The position numbers were made by a program, and so were the translations under genes. 64,000 bases of DNA, taken from Vulcanibacillus sp. Lineage in GTDB: Bacteria > Bacillota > Bacilli > Tepidibacillales > Tepidibacillaceae. The stretch is from the NCBI GenBank assembly GCA_050175155.1, contig JBFXJF010000003.1:51945-115944 (forward strand), written 5' to 3'. Numbering within the stretch: position 1 is the stretch's first letter; each line of letters starts with the position of its first letter. The notes beneath the pieces were generated by a model. The model ran no database searches. It had not been told where the DNA came from and saw nothing but the letters and a program-made list of their open reading frames with translations. This document shows positions 29,323-38,937 of this stretch, in pieces.

Positions 29323-29639
29323 TAGCAATAAAATGGAAAAAAATCGCGTTAATTCTTGGTGGAATAGCATTTATATTAGTTGTCTTATTTAATCTTAGGG
29401 TTAATTTATTTCTTACTGCAGTGTATAGGGGATTTATTGCTTTTGGTATCTTCTTTTTATTAGGAGTAGTAATATCTATATTATTCCATTTAAGTATAGA
29501 CAAGAACACAAAAAAAGGAATTAATATTGATTTAAAAACTACTAATGAAAATAATATAAATTATGATGAAATATATAACTTATCAAAAGATAATAATTTT
29601 GAACCACTAAAATTAAATAAAATAAATTCATCCGAATAG
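29319..29639 (+). CDS. Hypothetical small membrane protein (2 predicted TM), translationally coupled to cheD
   Basis: 106 aa. ATGA start/stop overlap with cheD. Hydrophobic segments IALILGGIAFILVVLF and FIAFGIFFLLGVVISILF are followed by an N/K-rich tail. I recognised no family. Confidence 0.6.
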   Translation: MIAIKWKKIALILGGIAFILVVLFNLRVNLFLTAVYRGFIAFGIFFLLGVVISILFHLSIDKNTKKGINIDLKTTNENNINYDEIYNLSKDNNFEPLKLNKINSSE

Positions 29640-29695
29640 ATTAAATAATTAATTTTAGACACTTTCAGAGACGAATAAAGGGTAGGTGTCATCAT

Positions 29696-30466
29696 ATGGG
29701 AGCCAAACAAAAACTTGATATAAACGAGTTGTGGCGTACTTGGAACGAAGAAAATTCCGAGAATTCTTATCAACAATTAGTAGATAGATACATAGGACTT
29801 GTTGATCAAGTTGTAAAAAGAATGCTACAAGGCATGTCCAATCAAGTTACTTATGATGAATTAAAGAGTAGTGGAATGATAGGATTTATAGACGCACTTA
29901 ATAAGTTTGACTATAAAAGAGGTTTACAGTTTGAGACATATGCTACCTTGAGAATTAGAGGTTCAATCCTTGATGGTTTAAGAGAAAATGATTGGATACC
30001 ACGTTCAATAAGAGATAAGTCGAAAAAATTTGAGAAAGCATATCACTATTTAGAACAATTACATTTAAGATCTGTAACTGATTGTGAAGTAATGAATTAT
30101 TTAGAAATGGATGAGAAGGAGTTTTATCAAAGTTTGCAAGAAACTTCATTTATGAATTACTTATCACTGGATGAATCAATAGATGACGAACAAGAGATAA
30201 CACGTACATCCTTCTTAGCTGATAATAGGAATGCTATAGACGATATAATAAATCGTGATCATGATAGGGAAATTTTAGCAAATGCTATTAATCGATTACC
30301 CATAAAAGAGAAAAACGTTGTTGCTTTATATTATTATGAAGAACTTAATTTAACTGAAATATCTGAAATCATGGGCTTATCCACTTCAAGAATTTCGCAG
30401 CTACATACTAAAGCAATTTATCGACTTAGAGGTTCATTAGGTCGTCAAAAGAAAAATTTCTTGTAG
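29696..30466 (+). CDS. sigD: Flagellar RNA polymerase sigma factor SigD (FliA/WhiG family)
   Basis: 256 aa with region 2 (YIGLVDQVVKRM, GMIGFIDALNKFD, FETYATLRIRGSILD) and region 4 HTH LNLTEISEIMGLSTSRISQLHTKAIYRLR. AGGTG lies 7 nt upstream. Confidence 0.9.
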   Translation: MGAKQKLDINELWRTWNEENSENSYQQLVDRYIGLVDQVVKRMLQGMSNQVTYDELKSSGMIGFIDALNKFDYKRGLQFETYATLRIRGSILDGLRENDWIPRSIRDKSKKFEKAYHYLEQLHLRSVTDCEVMNYLEMDEKEFYQSLQETSFMNYLSLDESIDDEQEITRTSFLADNRNAIDDIINRDHDREILANAINRLPIKEKNVVALYYYEELNLTEISEIMGLSTSRISQLHTKAIYRLRGSLGRQKKNFL

Positions 30467-30484
30467 AAAGGGAGGCAGAATGAC

Positions 30485-31885
30485 ATGGAAGAATTGAATT
30501 TATCCGATTTAATTAAAATCTCTATATTAGATTCAGGACTTAGTGCAATGATAACTATTGAATCAGATAAAGAATTGAATGGTCCCTTACCCTATGATAA
30601 AGTGCTTGATTTATTAAGAGAGAAAAATATTACATATGGGATAAATTATGATTTGCTTAAGAATATCTGTGAAAAACCAAATCAGTGGATAGGGTCTGAA
30701 TTAGAGATTGCAAGAGGATATTTGCCGATTAATGGAGAAAACGGCTCGATAGAATGGAAGGTTAAATTAAAATCAAGATCCCAACCTGCGATATTAGAAC
30801 ATGGTAATGTTGATTTTTATAATTTAGATAAGATAATAAATCTAAGAAAAGGTGACCTAATTGCGGTAAGAACACCTGCAGGTGAAGGAATCGCTGGGAA
30901 AAATATTAATGATAAAGAAATACCAGCAAAGAAAGGAAAGGATGTTCAATTTAAAACAGGTAAAAACGTTATATTAAATCCTTGTAAAGATAAATTATAT
31001 GCTGGCATAGACGGACATTTTGTAATTACAGATAATGAAAAAGTAAATATTTTTCCAATCTATGAAGTTGTTGGTGACGTAGATTTTGGTATTGGTAACA
31101 TTGATTTTGTTGGTACGGTAATAGTTAAAGGAAATGTTCCGGATGGTTTTAAGATTAGGGCAGGTGGCGAGATTAAGATATATGGTAATGTTGAAAGTTC
31201 CGAGTTATATGCTGGGGAAGATATTTTCATTCAGCAGGGGATAATTGGACATAACAAATCATATATAGAAACTGAAAAAAGTATAACTGCTTCATTTATT
31301 CTCGATGCAAATGTTAAAGCTAAGGAAGATATTACAGTATTGAAAAGTATAATGCACAGTAATATATCTGCTGGTAGAAAAGTGACTTGCCAGAGTGATA
31401 AAGGAATTATCGTGGGTGGCGAAATTCATGCAGGAAACTCAGTTATAGCTAGTACTTTAGGTAATGAACATACAACATTGACGGTTATTGAGGTTGGAAT
31501 TAGTCCAGAATTAAAAGAGGAGATACGCTCGATTCATAAAGAGAAACTAGAACTAGATATTTTATTTGATAAAATTGAAAAAGGATTAACATTGTTTGAA
31601 AAGATGGAAGAAAACAATCAAGTATTACCTCCTGAAAGACAGAAAATGAAAACTGAATTTCTAAATCAAAGATTAGTTATTAATAATAGACTGGAAGAAA
31701 TTAAGGCTAGGGAACTTGACCTTGAGGAAATTATCAATCAGGTTAATAATGCTTGTATTGAAGTAAAAAAAGTTGTTTTTCCTGGAGTGAAGATTGTTAT
31801 TGGTAAAACTGTGAAGTTTATCAAAGAGGAAATTAAATATGCTAGATTTGTTTTGGAAGATGGAGAAATAAAGACGAAAAAATAA
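30485..31885 (+). CDS. DUF342/FapA-like (flagellar assembly protein A family) protein
   Basis: 466 aa with an N-terminal domain (ITYGINYDLL), a central glycine-punctuated beta-helix-like repeat region (GDVDFGIGNIDFVGTVIVKGNVPDGFKIRAGGEIKIYGNVESSELYAGEDIFIQQGIIG; GIIVGGEIHAGNSVIASTLGN) and a C-terminal coiled coil. The family was recognised by eye. Confidence 0.7.
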   Translation: MEELNLSDLIKISILDSGLSAMITIESDKELNGPLPYDKVLDLLREKNITYGINYDLLKNICEKPNQWIGSELEIARGYLPINGENGSIEWKVKLKSRSQPAILEHGNVDFYNLDKIINLRKGDLIAVRTPAGEGIAGKNINDKEIPAKKGKDVQFKTGKNVILNPCKDKLYAGIDGHFVITDNEKVNIFPIYEVVGDVDFGIGNIDFVGTVIVKGNVPDGFKIRAGGEIKIYGNVESSELYAGEDIFIQQGIIGHNKSYIETEKSITASFILDANVKAKEDITVLKSIMHSNISAGRKVTCQSDKGIIVGGEIHAGNSVIASTLGNEHTTLTVIEVGISPELKEEIRSIHKEKLELDILFDKIEKGLTLFEKMEENNQVLPPERQKMKTEFLNQRLVINNRLEEIKARELDLEEIINQVNNACIEVKKVVFPGVKIVIGKTVKFIKEEIKYARFVLEDGEIKTKK

Positions 31886-31906
31886 GTGTTAGAGGAGATT
31901 TTTAAA

Positions 31907-32161
31907 ATGAGTTTAAAATCAATTGAATTACAACTTTCAATGCCTAAGACTCAGGAAATCGGAAAACTTCAAGAACACATACATCAAAGGACAAATATTG
32001 AGCAGAGTTTAATTACTAGTCAATTAAAAATAACCGAAATTGAGAAAAGAAAAAAAACGCAAAAAACTGACAAAGCAAAACTACAAGAAGACAATACCTT
32101 AAAGAGGCCAAAAACATTAGATAATCAATACAAGGGTAATTTCATAGATATTGAAATATAA
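31907..32161 (+). CDS. Hypothetical small K/Q-rich protein
   Basis: 84 aa from ATG 31907, which is 9 nt after AGAGGAG; the track ORF starts at GTG 31886. Predicted helical and basic (EKRKKTQKTDKAKLQ). No family recognised. Coding status rests on the RBS and tight packing. Confidence 0.45.
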   Translation: MSLKSIELQLSMPKTQEIGKLQEHIHQRTNIEQSLITSQLKITEIEKRKKTQKTDKAKLQEDNTLKRPKTLDNQYKGNFIDIEI

Positions 32162-32188
32162 AATAATAATAAATATGGAGAACTTAGA

Positions 32189-32641
32189 ATGATACAAATA
32201 GATAATAACATAATCCAAATAATTTTTATTAGTATTGGTGTTATTTTTATAATAATAGCATTATTTAGACCTAAGAATAATTCTGATTTAGAAGCAATGA
32301 TTGAAAAAATGTTTGAGGATTTTATAATGCAAATTGATATAGAAAATGAAGATATGGTAAATAGAATAAAACAAACGCAAACACAATTACCACAAGAAAT
32401 TTTAGCAAAACTAAATTTTTTAGAACAAAAAATAAAAGAACTCGAACAAGAAGCTAAGAACGAAGAAGATTCTATAAGTGATGCCAAGGAAAAAAACTCT
32501 GCTAATCAGAAATATATAGATGTGTTAAAACTTCATGATAGTGGTTGCAGTATTGAAGAAATAGTAGAAAAAACATATGTAAGTCATGCTGAAGTAAAAC
32601 TTATACTAGAACTAAAAAAGAAGGATTACAAATATGTTTAA
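32189..32641 (+). CDS. SwrB-like single-pass membrane protein (TM, acidic coiled coil, small C-terminal HTH-like domain)
   Basis: 150 aa with TM IIQIIFISIGVIFIIIALF, coiled coil LNFLEQKIKELEQEAKNEED, and a C-terminus VLKLHDSGCSIEEIVEKTYVSHAEVKLILEL. That C-terminus resembles what I recall of B. subtilis SwrB (..LYEQGYSASQIAQK...TEIELFLKF). It occupies the same sigD-distal, pre-rpsB slot. Confidence 0.5.
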   Translation: MIQIDNNIIQIIFISIGVIFIIIALFRPKNNSDLEAMIEKMFEDFIMQIDIENEDMVNRIKQTQTQLPQEILAKLNFLEQKIKELEQEAKNEEDSISDAKEKNSANQKYIDVLKLHDSGCSIEEIVEKTYVSHAEVKLILELKKKDYKYV

Positions 32642-33092
32642 AAACAGATATTTTTTAATTGGTTTGGGGTTTGGTTTTATCTTATGTGGTATTATACTAA
32701 TTATTTTTAATAGTGATTATGTTTCATTTAAGGAAAATAAAGTTGATTATACGAATGATGAATTAAAAGAAATGGCTTTGGAGAGAAATCTTTTTCTCTA
32801 TACTGAAGAGGAAATAAATGAAATTATAACTAAATCTAATATAATTGAAAATATTATTCCAGAGGATAACAATGAAAATAAAACTATATTTACAATTTCA
32901 TATGGTTTGGATTCATTTGAAGTTGCGGAATATTTATATAATATAGGTGTTTTGGAAGATAAACAAATGTTTCAACAAATTCTCACAGATAATAATTTAA
33001 CAAAAAAAATTATAGCTGGTCAATACGAAATTGGTGATTTAACCATAACAGAGTTAATAGAATTAATCACTAATGTTGAAGTGGAAAGTTAA
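32634..33092 (+). CDS. Hypothetical membrane-anchored protein with an MltG/YceG N-terminal-like domain only
   Basis: 152 aa, overlapping the previous ORF by 8 nt. TM FLIGLGFGFILCGIILIIF. The C-terminal FTISYGLDSFEVAEYLYNIGVLEDKQMFQQIL..IIAGQYEIGDLTITELIELI resembles the LysM-like N-domain of MltG, with no catalytic domain following. Confidence 0.45.
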   Translation: MFKNRYFLIGLGFGFILCGIILIIFNSDYVSFKENKVDYTNDELKEMALERNLFLYTEEEINEIITKSNIIENIIPEDNNENKTIFTISYGLDSFEVAEYLYNIGVLEDKQMFQQILTDNNLTKKIIAGQYEIGDLTITELIELITNVEVES

Positions 33093-33120
33093 TTAAAAAT
33101 GTTATATGTTTTATTTCATC

Positions 33121-33149
33121 TTGCAAAATATAGGAAATCATGATATATT
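33121..33149 (+). promoter_or_regulatory. Candidate sigmaA promoter for rpsB-tsf
   Basis: TTGCAA-N17-TATATT with an extended -10 TG (TGaTATATT), about 105 nt upstream of the rpsB ATG. Confidence 0.55.
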
Positions 33150-33253
33150 ATTTTGGTGAAAAAACACACGTTTAATGATTTAATTATGGTTCTGGAAACA
33201 GTGTAATTAAAGATGACTTAAGCGGAGGATAAAAACCAAAGGAGGTGTAAGAT

Positions 33254-33958
33254 ATGGCTGTAATTTCCATGAAACAACTATTAGAAGCAGGTGTACATTT
33301 TGGACATCAAACACGTCGATGGAATCCAAAGATGGATCGCTATATCTTTACAGAAAGAAACGGGATTTATATTATTGATTTACAAAAAACAGTTAAAAAG
33401 GTTGATGAGGCTTACTATTTCCTTAAGGGGGTTGCGGCTTCAGGTAAAACAGTTTTATTTGTAGGAACAAAGAAACAAGCACAAGATTCTGTTCGTGATG
33501 AAGCTATACGATCTGATAGTTATTACATTAATCAACGTTGGCTGGGTGGTACTTTAACTAATTTTTCGACTATTCAAAAACGAATTAACCGTTTAAAAGA
33601 ATTAGAGAAAATGGAAGAGGATGGAACTTTTGAAGTTTTACCAAAAAAAGAAGTCATAATTCTTAACAAGGAAAAATCACGCTTAGAAAAATTCTTGGGC
33701 GGCATAAAAGGTATGAAAAAAATACCTGGGGCAATATTCATTGTAGATCCTAGAAAAGAACGTATTGCTGTTGCAGAAGCTCGTAAATTAGGTATTCCTA
33801 TTGTAGGAATAGTTGATACTAACTGTGATCCAGATGAAATTGATTATGTTATTCCAGGTAATGATGATGCTATCCGAGCTGTAAAACTTTTAACAGAGAA
33901 GATGGCTGAAGCTATAATTGAAGGAAGACAAAGTGAACAAACTAATGAAGTGATATAA
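33254..33958 (+). CDS. rpsB: 30S ribosomal protein S2
   Basis: 234 aa. [27 protein letters not shown] is the canonical S2 N-terminus. Confidence 0.97.
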   Translation: MAVISMKQLLEAGVHFGHQTRRWNPKMDRYIFTERNGIYIIDLQKTVKKVDEAYYFLKGVAASGKTVLFVGTKKQAQDSVRDEAIRSDSYYINQRWLGGTLTNFSTIQKRINRLKELEKMEEDGTFEVLPKKEVIILNKEKSRLEKFLGGIKGMKKIPGAIFIVDPRKERIAVAEARKLGIPIVGIVDTNCDPDEIDYVIPGNDDAIRAVKLLTEKMAEAIIEGRQSEQTNEVI

Positions 33959-33961
33959 TAT

Positions 33962-33997
33962 GGTGGCGTGTGGGTTTACAACCCCACCACCTTTTTT
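33962..33997 (+). terminator. Intrinsic terminator/attenuator between rpsB and tsf
   Basis: GGTGGcgTGtGGG / CCCCACCACC stem (bulged) followed by TTTTTT. Confidence 0.6.
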
Positions 33998-34061
33998 GCT
34001 ACCATAACATACAATAGATAAGTAATACTATCATATAGATACATATTAGGAGGTTATTTAT

Positions 34062-34712
34062 ATGCAAGTCTCTGCATCAATGGTTAAAGAACTTCGAGAA
34101 AAAACAGGTGCTGGAATGATGGATTGTAAAAAAGCACTAAGTGATACAAACGGTGATATGGCAAAAGCAGTTGATTTACTTAGAGAAAGAGGTATTGCAT
34201 CAGCTGAGAAGAAAGCTGGGCGTATTGCTGCTGAAGGAATTGTTGAAGCGTATATTCATGGCGGTGGACGTATAGGCGTTCTTGTAGAAGTGAATTGCGA
34301 AACAGATTTTGTAGCAAAAAATGAAGATTTTAAAAATTTTGTAAAAGATATTGCAATGCATATTGTAGCATCTAATCCAAAATATAGAACTAAAGAAGAA
34401 GTACCAGAAGAAGAAATAGAAAAAGAACGTGATATATTAAAACAACAAGCTTTAAATGAGGGTAAACCTGAAAAAGTTATTGAAAAGATGGTAGAAGGTC
34501 GTATTGAAAAATTTTATAAAGAAATTTGTTTATTAGAACAACCATTTATAAAAGATCCTAGTCTTTCAGTAAATCAATTATTAAAAGAGCAGATTGTAAG
34601 AATAGGTGAAAATATAAATATTAGACGTTTTGAAAGATTCGAGTTAGGTGAAGGAATAGTAAAGAAGGAATGTAATTTTGTTGAAGAGGTTATGTCTCAA
34701 GTAAAACTATAA
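34062..34712 (+). CDS. tsf: Elongation factor Ts (short form)
   Basis: 216 aa with [19 protein letters not shown] (UBA-like N-domain), [20 protein letters not shown] and a coiled-coil C-terminus. Confidence 0.95.
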   Translation: MQVSASMVKELREKTGAGMMDCKKALSDTNGDMAKAVDLLRERGIASAEKKAGRIAAEGIVEAYIHGGGRIGVLVEVNCETDFVAKNEDFKNFVKDIAMHIVASNPKYRTKEEVPEEEIEKERDILKQQALNEGKPEKVIEKMVEGRIEKFYKEICLLEQPFIKDPSLSVNQLLKEQIVRIGENINIRRFERFELGEGIVKKECNFVEEVMSQVKL

Positions 34713-34744
34713 GATTTATTCTAACATTATGGATGATATATAAA

Positions 34745-34771
34745 GGGAACACCTTAGTGTTCCTCTTTTTT
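34745..34771 (+). terminator. Intrinsic terminator after tsf
   Basis: GGAACAC-CTTA-GTGTTCC stem-loop followed by TCTTTTTT. Confidence 0.75.
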
Positions 34772-34809
34772 AAATTAGCAGGGATAGATATAATAATTGT
34801 AGAATATAA

Positions 34810-36112
<1,303 letters not shown>

Positions 36113-36170
36113 ATAAAGCCCACTTATAAGAGAAGGGTTAGTTTTAGTTATCTATAATGGAGGCTTTTAC

Positions 36171-36932
36171 ATGCTAAAGGAACTATTTTTTAAGAAAAAT
36201 AGACAAAAAATTAGTTTCAAAGATATCGATTATAGTAGCGTTCCTAAACATGTTGCTATTATAATGGACGGGAATGGTAGATGGGCAAAAAGTAAAGGCT
36301 TACCACGTATAGCAGGACACAGAGAGGGTATTAGAAGCGTTATTGAAATTGCTCGTACTGCTAATAAATTGGGAATTAGTTTTTTAACACTATTCGCTTT
36401 CTCGACAGAAAATTGGAAAAGACCAGTTAATGAAATTAATTATCTTATGAAGCTGCCTAGTGAATTCTTGTTAGATTATATTGAAGAATTAATAGAAAAT
36501 AATGTACAGATAAGAATAATTGGCTTTGATAACCAGATACCAGATAAAACGTTAGAAGCACTTAGAGAAGCAGAGGAGAAAACAAAAAATAATACAGGAT
36601 TAGTCCTTAACTTTGCTTTGAACTATGGAAGTCGTGCTGAAATAATTAATGCTACGAAACATATTGTACAGGATGTAGTTGCAAATAAAATATCTGAAAT
36701 TGACATAGATGAGGAATTATTCAATAGTTATCTATTAACAAAAGATTACCCTGAGCCTGAGTTATTAATAAGAACAAGTGGTGAGTTAAGAATTAGTAAT
36801 TTTCTACTTTGGCAGTTAGCTTATTCAGAACTATGGTTTACTCCAGTCTATTGGCCTAATTTTAATGAACAATTTTTTATTGAAGCGATTTATGAATATC
36901 AACAGAGAATAAGAAGATTTGGTGGTATTTAA
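36171..36932 (+). CDS. uppS: Undecaprenyl diphosphate synthase
   Basis: 253 aa with HVAIIMDGNGRWA, FAFSTENWKRP, ELLIRTSGELRISNFLLWQ and RRFGG. Confidence 0.95.
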   Translation: MLKELFFKKNRQKISFKDIDYSSVPKHVAIIMDGNGRWAKSKGLPRIAGHREGIRSVIEIARTANKLGISFLTLFAFSTENWKRPVNEINYLMKLPSEFLLDYIEELIENNVQIRIIGFDNQIPDKTLEALREAEEKTKNNTGLVLNFALNYGSRAEIINATKHIVQDVVANKISEIDIDEELFNSYLLTKDYPEPELLIRTSGELRISNFLLWQLAYSELWFTPVYWPNFNEQFFIEAIYEYQQRIRRFGGI

Positions 36933-36985
36933 ACTCTATTAAATTAATTTACATAAAATATTTATCTTCTATTAAGGAGAATATT

Positions 36986-37762
36986 ATGAAAGAAAGAATT
37001 ATTACAGGTATTGTAGGGATAGTATTTTTTTTATCGTTGGTTTGGCTAGGGGATATATATTTTGCTATTTTAATATTGCTGATAGCATGTGTTGGTTTTT
37101 ATGAATATCTAAAAATAAACAAAATTAAATTAATATCATTAGAGGGCTTATGGGGTTTATTTATTATACTTCTAATTTTTTATGATAATAATTACATCGT
37201 TGGTGACAATTCAATTTCAATTGTTATTTTATTATTATTAATTTATTTAGTGTTGGTTGTTGCTAGTAAAAATATGATTACCTTTGAAAACATTGGTTTA
37301 ATAATTGTAGGAGTATTGTACATTGGATATGGTTTTTCATATATGATTGAAACTAGGAATCTTGATAATGGACTTATTTTAACAATATTTATTTTGTTTT
37401 CGACATGGGCATCAGATTCAGGTGCTTACTTTTTTGGTAAATATTTTGGTAAAAACAAGTTATGGCCAGTGATTAGTCCAAAGAAAACAATCGAGGGCTC
37501 AGTTGGTGGGGTAGTTTTTGCAATAATTATAGGATTAATATTTAATTATTTTTTCAATATAACTAGCTATTTATTAATTATATTTATTGCTATTCTAATT
37601 TCAATACTGGGTCAACTTGGAGATTTAATTGAATCAGCACTTAAAAGATCAAAAGATGTTAAGGATTCAGGTTCATTACTTCCAGGTCATGGTGGAATAC
37701 TTGATCGTTTTGATAGTTTAATTTTTATATATCTAGTCTTATATCTTATACAAATATTTTAA
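36986..37762 (+). CDS. cdsA: Phosphatidate cytidylyltransferase
   Basis: 258-aa polytopic protein with the CDS signature SALKRSKDVKDSGSLLPGHGGILDRFDS. Confidence 0.9.
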   Translation: MKERIITGIVGIVFFLSLVWLGDIYFAILILLIACVGFYEYLKINKIKLISLEGLWGLFIILLIFYDNNYIVGDNSISIVILLLLIYLVLVVASKNMITFENIGLIIVGVLYIGYGFSYMIETRNLDNGLILTIFILFSTWASDSGAYFFGKYFGKNKLWPVISPKKTIEGSVGGVVFAIIIGLIFNYFFNITSYLLIIFIAILISILGQLGDLIESALKRSKDVKDSGSLLPGHGGILDRFDSLIFIYLVLYLIQIF

Positions 37763-37779
37763 TAATTAGGTGAGTGTTT

Positions 37780-38937
37780 ATGAAAAATATTGCGATACTT
37801 GGTTCAACCGGCTCTATAGGGACTCAAACGCTTGAAGTAATACAAGTTAATTTTGATAAATTTAGAGTTATTGGTTTATCTGCCGGGAATAATATTGAGT
37901 TATTAAAAGCTCAAATTAATAAATTTTCACCAAAGATAGTTTCTGTTAGCACTAAAGAATTGGCTGCTAAATTAAAGAGCGAAATTAATCAGAAGATTAA
38001 AATTGTTTACGGAGAAGAAGGTTTAATTGAAGTTTCAACTCACCAAGATGTGGATTTTGTTGTTGTCGCCCTTGTGGGAAGTATCGGTTTAAAGCCTACT
38101 ATCGAAGCCATAAAGGCTCATAAAAATATCGGACTAGCAAACAAAGAAACTTTAGTATCTGGAGGTCATATAGTTACAGACTTAGTAAATAGGTACAAGA
38201 CTTCTTTAATTCCAATTGATAGTGAACATTCAGCAATTTTTCAAAGTCTTAAAGGCGGAGATACAAGTCAAGTCAATAAGCTTATATTAACGGCTTCGGG
38301 CGGTTCATTTATTAATAAAAGCAGGGAAGACTTGAATGGGGTTACAATAGAAGATGCCTTAAAACACCCGAACTGGTCAATGGGTAAAAAAATAACAATT
38401 GATTCTGCAACTATGATGAACAAAGGTTTCGAAGTAATTGAAGCTCATTGGTTGTTTAAAATGCCATATGATAAAATAGATGTTATAATTCATCCTGAGA
38501 GTATAATACATTCTATGGTAGAGTATAATGATAAAGCAATAATTGCCCAACTTGGTACTCCGGATATGAAAGTCCCAATTCAGTATGCTTTATCCTATCC
38601 AGACAGAATCGAATTAGATATTAAACCTTTAGATCTTACAATGATAAAATCTCTAAATTTTAGCAAACCAGACTATCTGAGGTTTCCATGTTTAAAAATT
38701 TCATACCAATGTGGAATACAAGGTGGTACAATGCCAACTGTATTGAATGCAGTTAATGAGATTGCCGTTGATGCCTTCTTGCAGGGGATAATCCCTTTCA
38801 TTGGAATAGAGAGTCTAATCGAGAGAGTATTAAATATGCATAACTATTCTATCAATCCAACAATAGAAGAAATTATTGACTGTGATAATTGGGCAAGAAT
38901 TACTACACAAAAATTCATTAATATTGAAAGGCGGTGA
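37780..38937 (+). CDS. dxr: 1-deoxy-D-xylulose 5-phosphate reductoisomerase
   Basis: ILGSTGSIGTQTL NADPH motif, plus LANKETLV, PIDSEHSAIFQ and HPNWSMG. ATG 37780 is preferred over GTG 37774. Confidence 0.95.
   Translation: MKNIAILGSTGSIGTQTLEVIQVNFDKFRVIGLSAGNNIELLKAQINKFSPKIVSVSTKELAAKLKSEINQKIKIVYGEEGLIEVSTHQDVDFVVVALVGSIGLKPTIEAIKAHKNIGLANKETLVSGGHIVTDLVNRYKTSLIPIDSEHSAIFQSLKGGDTSQVNKLILTASGGSFINKSREDLNGVTIEDALKHPNWSMGKKITIDSATMMNKGFEVIEAHWLFKMPYDKIDVIIHPESIIHSMVEYNDKAIIAQLGTPDMKVPIQYALSYPDRIELDIKPLDLTMIKSLNFSKPDYLRFPCLKISYQCGIQGGTMPTVLNAVNEIAVDAFLQGIIPFIGIESLIERVLNMHNYSINPTIEEIIDCDNWARITTQKFINIERR

Noticed and set aside
29642-29677. TAAA ... GACGAATA upstream of sigD as a possible sigmaD or minor promoter
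   Set aside because: The spacing is 24 nt instead of about 15, and the -10-like element matches only about 4 of 8 positions.
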